Shown here: piece by piece, positions 23,401-34,435 of the stretch
How positions within the stretch are numbered: the first letter of the stretch is position 1
Layout of the letters: each line of letters starts with the position of its first letter
Assembly (NCBI GenBank): GCA_950097015.1
Contig: CATNEN010000002.1
Location: 8,618,001 to 8,682,000, forward strand
Reading direction: 5' to 3'
Length of the DNA: 64,000 nt
Origin: Macrostomum hystrix
Taxonomy: Eukaryota > Animalia > Platyhelminthes
Position numbers and translations under genes: made by a program
The notes under the pieces: model-generated
Seen by the model: the letters and a program-made list of their open reading frames with translations, nothing else
Told to the model about the DNA's origin: nothing
Databases searched by the model: none

Positions 23401-26123
23401 CACCGCAGATGTCGGCAAAGCTGAGACTGTTCTTGGCTCGGCTTGAGATGAGGTACATTGGGTAGCGCTGCATTCCTTTGGACTCCAGGTGGTTGGAAAT
23501 GGACTCCAGCAGGTCGAACAGGATTCCGCATGGTCGGCATGGGAACAGAGCATTGCCACCCTGCCGAGTACAAATCGCTGAATAAGAGTCACAACTCAAA
23601 TGCCTTACCTGGCTGAGCTATATCAGAGTACAAATCACTGAATAAGAGTCACAACTCAAATGCCTTACCTGGCTGAGCTATATCAGAGTACAAATCACTG
23701 AATAAGAGTCACACCTCAAATGCCTTACCTGGCTGAGCTATATCAGAGTACAAATCACTGAATAAGAGTCACACCTCAAATGCCTTACCTGGCTGAGCAC
23801 GGAGGTCAGGGCGGCGCAGATGTCCTCAACGGAGCGGTAAGGGTCCTGGCCGGGCAGCAGGCAGGCTCCGTTGAACAGCAGCAGATCGCAGCCAATCAGA
23901 GGCTGCCAGGTCATAGGCAGGGGGTGGCAGGACCATTGGGAGGAGGCGGACATGTAGGCGATGCGGTGAAAGTCACTTTCAATCAGCCAGTTGCAGCCGC
24001 CAATGCAGTAGCCCGAACTGACAGGCGTGAGCACCAGGTCATTGAGCAGCTGGACTCGCTGGTTGAATGACACCCGGTGTACACTGGCGAATGCTACATG
24101 CACCTGGGCCGTTGTGAAGGTTGGCAGCCAGTTCTCGGCCTGGTCGGCGAGCGGGTGACCCGCATCCCTGCGGTGGCGACAGGGTGTTGGCGAATTGATT
24201 AGTATCAGGTGTGCCAGTGTCAGGTGTGTCAGGTGTGCCAGTGTCAGGTGTGCCAGTGTCTGAGTATCACGTGTGCCAGTGTCTGTGAGTGTCAGGTGTG
24301 CCAGTGTCTGAGTATCAGGAGTGCCAGTGTCTGTGAGTGTCAGGTGTGCCAGTATCAGGTGTGCCAGTGTCAGGTGTGTCAGTGAGTATCAGGTGTGCCA
24401 GTGTCTGTGAGTGTCAGGTGTGCCAGTATCAGGTGTGCCAGTGTCAGGTGTGTCAGTGAGTATCAGGTGTGCCAGTGTCAGGTGTGTCAGTGAGTGTCAG
24501 GTGTGCCAGTGTCTGTGAGTATCAGGTGTGCCAGTGTCTGTGAGTATCAGGTGTGCCAGTGTCTGTGAGTGTCAGGTGTGCCAGTGTCTGTGAGTGTCAG
24601 GTGCGCCAGTGTCTGTGAGTGTCAGGTGTGCCAGTGTCTGAGTATCAGGTGTGCCAGTGTCAGGTGTGTCAGTGAGTATCAGGTGTGCCAGTGTCAGGTG
24701 TGTCTGTGAGTATCAGGTGTGCCAGTGTCAGGTGTGTCTGTGAGTATCAGGTGTGCCAGTGTCTGTGAGTATCAGGTGTGCCAGTGTCTGTGAGTGTCAG
24801 GTGTGCCAGTGTCAGTGGGTATCAGGTGTGCCAGTGTCTGTGAGTGTCAGGTGTGCCAGTGTCTGTGAGTGTCAGGTGTGCCAGTGCCTGTGAGTGTCAG
24901 GTGTGCCAGCGTCAGGTGTGTCAGGTGTGCCAGTGTCAGTGAGTCTCAGGCGTGCCAATGTCAGTGAGTGCCTGGTGTGTCAGGTGAGCCAATGTCAGTA
25001 AGTGTCTGGTGTGTCAGGTGAGCCAATGTCAGTGAGTGTCTGGTGTGTCAGGTGAGCCAATGTCAGTGAGTGTCTGGTGTGTCAGGTGTGCCAGTGTCAG
25101 TGAGTCTCAGGCGTGCCAATGTCAGTGAGTGTCTGGTGTGTCAGGTGAGCCAATGTCAGTAAGTGTCTGGTGTGTCAGGTGAGCCAATGTCAGTGAGTGT
25201 CTGGTGTGTCAGGTGAGCCAATGTCAGTGAGTGTCTGGTGTGTCAGGTGTGCCAGTGTCAGTGAGTGTCTGGTGTGTCAGGTGAGCCAATGTCAGTGAGT
25301 GTCAGGTGTGTCAGGTGTGTGAATGTCAGTATTGATGCATTGATGTACAAATCAAACAAAAAGTGCAGCCAATGTCACCTCAGCCGTTTGACAATGTCCT
25401 CCAGCCTGCCACAGTTGGGCAGCTGATCCACAGAGTTCGCAATGTCCTCCAGAATCTGTCTGGAAAGATGAGAACACAGCAGAGTACTAAGAATTCATGA
25501 GAAATCAGCCAGCCGCTCCAGCAAGGCCCCACCTGCCAAACTCAATAGACGGCTCCGTGGCATAGATTCGGCCGGTGAATTCCGTGTAGGAGGTCAGGTA
25601 GGGAATTCCCAGAATGGTCTGATAGTTGGACACCAGCACCGCATCTACTGTGCTCCACAGTACCGGGCAGTGCTGCAATGAAATTACATGCAATCAAACT
25701 CTTGGAATCGCATCCAATAAGCTGCAACCAAAGCTGAGCTAATGTGAGAAGCAAGTTTACAGACCTTGGTGCTGAATGGCATCGATATACATGGCGGTGC
25801 GTCCAGCAGCTCCACGCCTTCCACAGTCTTGAATGGCTGCAATACGAAGGAAAAACTAGACTAGACAATTTCAAAAAAATCAACAGACGGATGAAGTGAC
25901 TCACCAGTTTGTCTGGCCTCGGAGCACCGCCTGGGCCAAGCCAGAACTTGTCCTCCGCCTCGCCTGATCCCGATGGCCGGTGAACCGCCTCGCCCACCAG
26001 CAGCGGATGGCGCGGGCAGCAGCGGAGCAGCGGGCCGAAGTCCAGCGGGCAGTCCAGCAGCAGGCGGGTGTTGCAGAACTCCACCAGGTAAACCGGGTTG
26101 GCGTGAGACGGACTGAGATTTTT
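20444..26123 (-). CDS. INTS9: Integrator complex subunit 9 (catalytically inactive MBL/beta-CASP); at least 8 exons, about 650 codons; first micro-exon not located
   Basis: Exons 26123-25905, 25672-25533, 25459-25379, 24167-23789, 23560-23336, 22471-22244, 21483-21223 and 20860-20444 are phase-consistent. Motifs matching recalled INTS9 are LLLDCPLD, STVDAVLVSNY, FTGRIYATEPS, PVSSGYCIGGCNW, GGNALFPCRPCGILFDLLE, QPCIVFATDPCLRLGD, KPLLTGQL and THVYCDDEKIR. Confidence 0.95.
20930..21195. repeat. 15-bp perfect minisatellite in the last INTS9 intron
   Basis: Unit agatctgggatctaa, about 17 copies. Confidence 0.97.
21505..22200. repeat. 18-20-bp minisatellite filling an INTS9 intron
   Basis: Unit ctgtcactccctcacagatt. 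Confidence 0.95.
22630..23260. repeat. Purine-rich minisatellite of about 26 bp in an INTS9 intron
   Basis: Unit approximately gagagggaattcccaaatagaatata, with length variants. Confidence 0.9.
23561..23797 (-). repeat. 60-bp x4 repeat containing splice donor and acceptor sites; forms an INTS9 intron
   Basis: Minus-strand unit is ctcagccag|gtaaggcatttgag...ctctgatatag. Confidence 0.95.
24200..25330. repeat. GT-rich compound minisatellite filling an INTS9 intron
   Basis: Variants of gtgtcaggtgtgccagtgtctgtga and gtcaggtgagccaatgtcagtgagt. Confidence 0.9.
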
Positions 26124-26224
26124 CTGTGAGGTTTGAAGGATTCACTGATTTACGTCCTTTTCATTTGAGACTTAAAAAGCAATTTTATGGACTATTGGAG
26201 TGGCAGCTGCAGTTTCGGGAATTT

Positions 26225-26480
26225 TAGCTTTGTGGAAGTTGGCAATTGTAGTTTTAGGAAGTTGGGAGTTGTAGTTTTGGGAAGCTGGGAGTTGTAGTTT
26301 TGGGAAGCTGGGAATTGCAGTTTTGGGAAGCTGGGAATTGTAGTTTTGGGAAGCTAGGAAATTTAGATTTGGGAAGTTGGGAATTCTACTACATTGATAT
26401 TGATATATTATACTCGTAGTTTTGGAAAGTTGGGAATTGTAGTTTTGGGCAGCTGGGAATTTTAGTTTTGGGAAGCTGTG
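26225..26480. repeat. Diverged minisatellite of about 23 bp upstream of the first located INTS9 exon
   Basis: Unit approximately ttttgggaagctgggaattgtag. Confidence 0.8.
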
Positions 26481-27098
26481 AGTAACAGGTTTGGGATGCA
26501 GGGAATCACAGTATGAGCATATTATGAGCTCATAGCGAGTTACCATTGTGTCAAGGGGGCTTGTGTTAAAAAAGAATGTAAAATACTTATAATGTTCACT
26601 AAAATATTTGATCAACTTACAATCAACATTTTATCTAGCTTTTGTAGAGCAACAGATGATACAGTTTTACAAGCTGAAAAGCAATATTGATAAGTATATC
26701 TAAGGTAACATTGGTTTTACAAGTACTTTTAGTTATAATGATTATAAGGTAGGCACCAAATTTAACTTATATGCATAGCTAATGCATGCAAAAGCAAAGT
26801 ATAAAAATGATTTTATGACTTCCAATGACTAACTACTTCTAACAAATTATGCATGCCTTAGTCTGAGTCCTGAGTCTTTTAATTTGTCTCATTTGTTAAG
26901 ACAAAGCAATTCCAATTAGAATTAAGGGATTGTAGAATCTTACGAATCCTATAATTTGTAATCTGTAACTTTTATTAACTTTTATTATTTAGCAAATATT
27001 CAAGAAAGCTGAAATAATAAAATACATGACAGGCCTAAGGATATTTAGCCATAGACTTGACTGAACTATTAAATTGTAACTTTAGTCCTAGCAATAAT

Positions 27099-27782
27099 GG
27101 AAGTGCTTATTCCCAGTCCCGTGCCGATAATTTCAATTTTATCCACACGGATCCGTGCCGATAATTTTCTGCTTATCCACACGGCAGCTTGTATGAATAG
27201 GTCTACTTTTAAGTCCCTACCTATTCTTCTCTGAGCATAAGGCTTTTGCTTCAGAGTATAGTGTATAGTGTACACTATCAATGCATAGTGTAAAAGAATA
27301 AAAATGATTTATAATATGTGTGACGAGTTTGGTGCTGTGCTGACTAGAATTCTGCTGGTTGACTTGTATGATTTTCTTAGATAGACTTCTTACTTTTTTA
27401 AGTCAATACAATTCGAATGAAAACACATAACGATGACAAAAGATTTAGTAAGTTGTTATTACAATAATCAAAAAGGATGACATTAATGTCGGTTAATGAA
27501 TGTGTAGGTTGAATGTAGAACACTGTCGTAAGTCGTAACACACTGTCAACTTTGTCGATCTATTGGCTCGAGGGTTCAACAAAATGTTCAAACCCGAAAG
27601 GGCCTCGTTTTAAAGAATGGAACCGTGTGGTTAAATTGAAATTAATGGCACGGCATATTTATATAAAGAGTTTTAGACCTATTCATACAAGCTGCCGTGT
27701 GGATAAGCAGAAAATTATCGGCACGGATCCGTGTGGATAAAATTGAAATTATCGGCACGGGACCGTGGGAATAAGCACTTCC
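27099..27782. mobile_element. MITE, 684 bp, with TIRs of about 107 bp and a 9-bp TSD (Mutator-like signature)
   Basis: 27099-27205 is the reverse complement of 27674-27782 apart from a 2-bp indel. The TIRs begin GG. agcaataat is duplicated at 27090-27098 and 27783-27791. There is no transposase ORF. Confidence 0.92.
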
Positions 27783-30700
27783 AGCAATAATAGCTAAAAC
27801 TATATTATGTATTTTAGAGTAATTTATGTTAGGCCCCTATAAAAAATAATTTCAAGAGTTATTTATCAGGTTAGGAGAGTAGAAAAATTATTTACTACGG
27901 AATAGACATTTCAATGATATTAAAACTAAGAAACAAGAAAGTATGCATATACTAGGCCTATACCATTATAGGTCTACACTGTGATATCTATAGCTAGCTA
28001 TTTGTATATTAATCCTTGTTGTTGTAGACATTTCTAAATTTTTTAATTAGCTAACTAGTGGCCAAATTGCTTTTCTCTTACAAAATTTTTAGCTCTAACA
28101 GGCATCTATCTGCTAGACTTTTTAATAATTTGAGTGTAGGCTAATTCTGAATACAATTCTGAATTACATTAATGATTAACTTAAGTGCAGGGCCAAGAGG
28201 GCTGCATTCAACAGCACATAATTTGGTTTCAGTGCTACAGACAATAGGAATAGGACTACAACTAGAGGCTAGACCTTCAGGTATGGACAGCAATGAGACA
28301 TTTCCACCCATTTAATATGACTTCTGAGCACATACACACACATAGGCCTACTGTATGCAAGCAAATGTAGGCATACAACCCACACATGTCTTTACATCTG
28401 TCATGACTTTTTTATTGTTACTTGTTAGGCAGTGTAGGCCCTACACTTTCACTGTGTAGGGGCCTATGTGCCTTGAAAGTTGGCCCTCAAGGGTGTAAAT
28501 TGCACAAAAGTCTTTAAGACTTTTCTGAGCAGCTGCGCCACAATGAATATGGTCTCGCCTCGCAATCGCAATGACCACAGGACTTGGTTCAAATTCGAGA
28601 GTAAAATGTTTTAACCACTAGGCCTAGGCTCTGGACGCAGCACTCTCCCATTTGCCATTTACTTGATTACATTACTTTAATTAATTACTTTACTTGATTC
28701 TGACTACGACTTAAATACTACGGCTTAGATGCCTTGTGCGCCTGAAAATTACTTCGTTAATAATTAAAATTACAACATGCATGTTATCACCCACATCCAG
28801 GCTTACAACCAAGGCACCACAGTGTGAGCGAGCAAATGAGCATGCTCAACAATAAAATTTGGTTGGAAGTTAAAAGAGCGCCAAAATCATATGTAAACGC
28901 TAACGAGTTAGGAACAAAAGTAACGCGAAAAAAACTTTTAAAGTAACAGAGAAAACAGTCAAATACTGGATTTGAACAGCCATGTAATATCGCGGAAAAA
29001 GTTTAGCTCTAATTACCCAGATTTTAGTGCTTTAGGCTTGCCGCCACCTTTAATTTTTATCCCAGAATTATCATTTTTTATAAAGCGGTATTGCATTTAG
29101 GTATTGTTGTGAACAGCTTGTAATAATAATTTCTCGAGTCTGCTTTCGCTTCAATTGTGAATATACACAGTAGTTACATTAAAATTTTATTCCTTTTCCT
29201 TTAAACCTTTCCATTCCTTTCCTTTAAAATTCATGTTGTAGGAAACAAGAAAGAAAACACACTTCCTTTTTATAGAGGAAGTCTTACATTTTAACCCCAA
29301 ATTAGGTCGATCGGCGAGGTGGATGCCTGGCTGTAGCTTGAGCCAAGGCGACAAATCACAGTAGACTTGCGGCCGCCGTTCTGAGCCCCGGGTTGGCTTC
29401 TTGCCGAGGGTCGACAGGTAGTGAGGCCGGGTCGTTCGCTGATTGGCCGGAACTGTAGCCCAGGGTAGCGCTCGCGGAGTGGTGGGCGTACGCTCCTCCG
29501 GCTGGTCCGGCCCGGCTTGGCGTGGGTGACTTTTAGCTTAAAAACACGCGTCTAAAAATACAAAATAGGCACTGAATAATAACACGGGGAGATAGAAGGA
29601 CAAACAAGCTAAAACTACACTGGTGCCCGAAGGCAGTGTGGAAAGCCTTAATGTCGGCATCCGCCATGCTCTAGCAATGAAACAGACTGACTCGGGTGAG
29701 CTGACGTCAGCTGACAAGGTGACGATGCAGGCGAAAGCGGCGGCAGTCAGCTGGCTGAAGCAATCAAGGATGAGCAGCCGAAGGCCGCGGGCGATCGGAC
29801 TGGCGCACAGGTCGGCGACAATGTCATCAGCTAGTGAAGCCGTTATCGGAGCACACTTCCACCAGAAACCCCAACAGGTCAGCAGGAAGCGGTTTAACAT
29901 GCGGAATAACATGCAGTTTAAAATGCGGCGAAAGTCACATACGTCTTCAATTCGAGGCTGGTGAGTTCTAATCATGGAAATTGGAATGGTTTTTAGAATA
30001 CTAATTAGTCACAAATACAACTGCTCACGTGAGCACTCCACCAAATTAGTCCCAGCCACAACTGCTCACCTGAGCACCCCACCAATTTGTCACGAACACA
30101 ACTGCTCACCTGAGCACTCCACAAATTAGTCACGAATACAACTGCGCTAGAAAAATATGTGTGTGGAAAAAGTAAATATTTTTCTAAATATACCCCCGTG
30201 AAGATTAAGCAAAACATAGCAAAGCTCTGATTGAAAAAAATTCCTGGAACCTTTATTTGGTCAACTCTCATACATGCAAGTCGTTTTATATCATATTATT
30301 TTACAACTACCTTCAGCATTAGAGATAAACATATTGAAAAGCTTGATCTCGCGAATTCAATAAACGTTTCAAATCGTATTCAAACGTGTTGGAGGCAGTA
30401 TTTTAAATATTAAACTTAAGTTGGCGCTAAATTTGTTTAACTGCATTCTACTCGCGATAAAAGAAATTCGTGCCGATGAAAGAAATACTTCGAAGTAAAG
30501 AAGTAGAGAGGCCACTTGTGACCTCTGCAATGTAGGCCGTTTGTGCCTAATTCCTATGAGACCAAAAGAGCCTAAGCCAAAAGGAACTAAGATAATGGTA
30601 GCGAGTAACTATGGCCGTGGCACCAGATCTAAGAGCAGCTTGAGAGAAGACGTCACCTCAGGACGTCAGGACGTCACCTCAGCTACAGCTTTTTCTTTAT

Positions 30701-31682
30701 GCGGCCTCCTATTCTAACTTGACAAATGTTAGAAATCGCCCAATAAATCAGTAGCCGTAGTATACAAAGGGTAGTTTGCTGCCACCAGAAGCATAACATA
30801 ACTGCAGACACGACAAGAATAATCTAAAGCCAAATATTTATTTGGTTTATTTGGGAACGAAATTTGATAAACATATACCGCAGAACTATTGCTTCAAACA
30901 GATTATTATTATCAAGTGCAGAGCATTCTTAAAACTAAATAAAACAATTTAAAATTAGAATTGAGATAGGAGAATACGCATTAAGGGAGCTGGAGCACCA
31001 GTGGAGGGCACAAGGTAGGAGCCCTGTTGCACAGGTCGTAGAGAAATAAAATCAATAGAAGCAGTTTAATTTAATGATAAAATATCGAGGGCTTACGTAC
31101 GTAGGCTTAATTAGCAACACCTAAACACAGAACACACAGAGGAACTGCAATCATGTTCATGAAATACAAGTGCATATGATCCAGTAAATGTATTGGTAAC
31201 AATAAACTACTAGTAAATTTTAGATTCTCCAAGAAATCATTAGCAATGACTGCTGAAGCGGGTGCTTAATCCCAATCCGAACTTATAATTTCGTTTATAT
31301 CAGTTGTATCTAAAACGCATCCTAATATCACATTATCAATAAAAACCGCCGTTATAGTAACATAAAATTGTTGGCGTGCCGACTCAATTTTGTACTTTAA
31401 TTTAAGCAGCAATTAGACAGGCCCACTGCTAACTCATGTGCCATTTTTGGCTTCATGGCTAGTGGAGAGTGAGTTACCATTCGCGGCATATTAATAAAAA
31501 TTAAAACAAAATAACAGAAACTAACAATTATGAGTGGATAAAAGAATAGGAATTTAATAAAAATGGGAGAATAAAAATTAACAAAGTTAAAAGAAACAAA
31601 AAATCGCGTTTTCGAGCCGCAAGTGTCCGCTCCCCTATCATGGGAGTTAGCTAAGTCATAAATAATTGATATTGTCACGTAG

Positions 31683-33345
31683 TCACTGCTCGACTGAGTC
31701 AGTAACGCTATCAGAGTCAGTCGATGAGTTGCTAACGATTTCAATTTTTTGCTGGTTCCCACTTCTCGCCTGAATTTGAATCTGACGGGTCGAAAGGTTG
31801 TCATTCTCCGGATCGGAATCAGCCGACGGAGACTCGTCAAAATTTGATGTCAAGTCTAGTGAGCCACTTTCGTCATCATTTTCGATAATAATGGGATCGT
31901 CATCGCTTGGTGAAACTTCGGACGAAACGTTGCTATTCTGCTGCAAAATTAGTTGCGGCTGATTCAATACTTCGTTACCCCGTGGTGGCTCAGTCGATAA
32001 TTCGCATTGAATAAATTCAGCCAGCTCTTGCATTGTAACAGATTTTCCTCTAAGCTTTTTCATCGCGGCCTCAGTAGACATCATCAGGTGCCCGATGCTT
32101 TTGCCTTTGTCGTTATTGTACTGATAAGTCCTGTACCCAGGTAGGCTGCCAAAAATGGCAAAGTACCAGCCTCTGGAAGGGAGTATAAAACTGCCATCCG
32201 AGCCACTTTTGGGTGTGGAGTCTAGTTTTGGAGCCTCGTTTCTGAATATCAAGCCTCTGCTGCTTCTGGGGCTTCCAGTGATTATCTCTCGGTCCCCTGC
32301 AAGCGTCCACAAAGAATACCTTCTCTCTGTCGCACAAAATTTCGAAGAAGCTTTTCAAAAGATCATCCAAGCAGGTAAAACCATCCTCATAGGTGTCAAC
32401 TCCATGATCATCGCCGTGCGCCGTGAGAAAGACCCATATTATTTCATTTTTTCCCGGTTCCAACTTTTCCTTTATGAAATTGCAATTCTTTATCACTTCT
32501 TCTCTCGCAGATTCCGATGTCCAACTTTCTTCGCGAATTATGGATAAACGTCTCTCCTTATCGATGCCCAGCAAGGAGCAAATTGATTTGAAACTGTCAG
32601 CATCGCCTTCAGCTTCCTTTCCAAGAAGATTTATGAGCAATGCAAAATTGTCGCTGGATTTCTTACAACTAGGTACTTCAGTTTCAGGACGTGCTAGGTG
32701 CTCACTAATTATGCCCTTCGGCAGGCCAACCTTGAGAGGGTGGATTCCGGCAGCCATTAAATTCTTGTCCAAAAGTTTTTCTTCAAAGTGAGAACAAATT
32801 GCACTTGCCGAAACAGCCTTCAAAGTGTCAAAAAATGACTTGAAGTCACTTTCACTAAGGCAGGAATGTAGGTCGTATTTATAAAGCATAACCCCTTTCA
32901 GTTCTGGCAACATAATTTCTCCCTCTCTTCGAGAATCCTTGGTGTCGATGTCAATCGGTTGCTTTCCCTCGTTGATATCGAAGTAGATAGCAAATAAAAA
33001 CACGTGGATATCAGGTCTTTCAGCATTGCCTTCAGCCGACTCTCGTCGAAATGGAGCGAGCAGATTGAACTCGAGAACGAATTTGTTTCCAAGTACTGGC
33101 AGTTCTCCATCCTTTTTACTCACCCAAAGTACAACAAAGAAGTACAGCTCGGCTGCTTCAGCGCTCCTGCGAACCGCATCAACAACAAACTGCTTGTACT
33201 CCTCATACGACGAGCAAGTGACGGGCTCCACTGGTTGAACAGTGCCAGCAGTTGTTGTACTCTTCTGGACCATCGAAACCAACCACGTGCTGGGTGTTAT
33301 TGTTGCGACTTCAGTTGACTTTTGTGGTACGAAAAGGTCGCCCAT
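31683..33345 (-). CDS. Intronless caspase-fold protein with one frameshift between p20- and p10-like halves (about 550 aa if repaired)
   Basis: The p20-like half has FALLIN...GDADSF..LLG, FLTAHG and KVFFVDACRG in ORF 32113-33354. The p10-like half has LPSRGWYFAIFGSLPGYRTY...GKS..QPQ in ORF 31683-32312, a different frame. The switch is most likely at or just after the C4 run 32294-32297. The ATG at 33345 is preceded by tacag-c. Confidence 0.75.
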
Positions 33346-33769
33346 GCTGTACAATAATACGAGCTATTTCTCAGAGCGGGCCTGAATTTCTCGCTAGGCG
33401 TACAGAATTCACTCTCGCGCAGCTGACTTATATAGGCAGTGCGAGTGAAACAATGGTCGTTTCGTTTCCTTCTGCCTGCATGGCAGCTAAGAAGACCATG
33501 GAGTCACACAACATTTTATCCTGGGCTGCGTTCTTGCTTGCAGGTTGCAGCCCAGTTGAGGCTCAGGCCTGGCCTTGCTCGCAGGGTGAGCGGGAGAGAG
33601 GGAACGTGAGGAGTGGCCTGGCTGGCAGTTCCTTTCTCACATTTAGTACTCTTTAAGCCACCTAGCTTCTGACTTTTAAGCATGAAGTTAAAAGAGTATA
33701 AGTTATTAATCATGCCTCCCTTTCCACTAGCATGCAGTCTGGAAAAGTGCCTATTCAAACACACAGTAT

Positions 33770-34435
33770 TTTCTAGTCAAAATGGCTACGAGCTTTCGGT
33801 CCTTTCCAGTTTGGCAAGAATGCAAGTTTCTGCCTGGCACATGCCAATAAGATAAGATAAATCATAGAGAACAAAAACTTCAAGGTAGAAGCTGGCCTCT
33901 GTGCCATGCAGTGAGACAACAAATAATGGTCGGACCATTGACTCATTGAGCGAACCGAAATCATATAAAAAAGCAATATCATAACGACTTGGTGGGGGAA
34001 GGTTGTGAATGAATTTTGTACATGTATTATTAAAGAAAATCTTTCGATTTTAGCATTTCGCGTGATGCAAATCACATAATTTTACGAAAAAAAAATACAG
34101 TTTTGTCTCATTGGCTTTGTATACGACGAGTATAGAAACATTGCGAACTACGAGACCGAAAATTCAGTATATGAATAGATTATGTAGTACTCGTAAGTGC
34201 AAAACAGAAGTTGAAAACGAGTTCTACTTCCTTTTTAAGTGCAGTTGGAATATGTATAGCGCCGCACGTTCGAATTTTGAGAAGAAAATTTCTGGAAAAA
34301 CTCCCAATTTCACATCCTTATCAGCAGAAGAGAAATCTACCTACATAATGGCACAATACGATAGGGAAAACACTGAAGCTTTAGCAAAGTACATCATAGA
34401 AATCTCTGAAAGAAGGGAACAGCTGGCCTGAGACT
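33770..34435 (+). mobile_element. 3' remnant of a CR1/L2-group LINE ORF2
   Basis: SIETLR...RLC..KCK.EVENEFYFLFKC..Y...R resembles the IETGR..C..C..vEdE.Hfll.C..Y...R C-terminal zinc knuckle. Confidence 0.65.

Noticed and set aside
26140-26170. ATGAAAAGG as the missing first INTS9 micro-exon
   Set aside because: The nearest GT gives the wrong phase and only a 30-nt intron.
30595-30615. 28S rRNA-like string gagtaactatg
   Set aside because: The match is only about 11 nt, with no flanking rRNA similarity.
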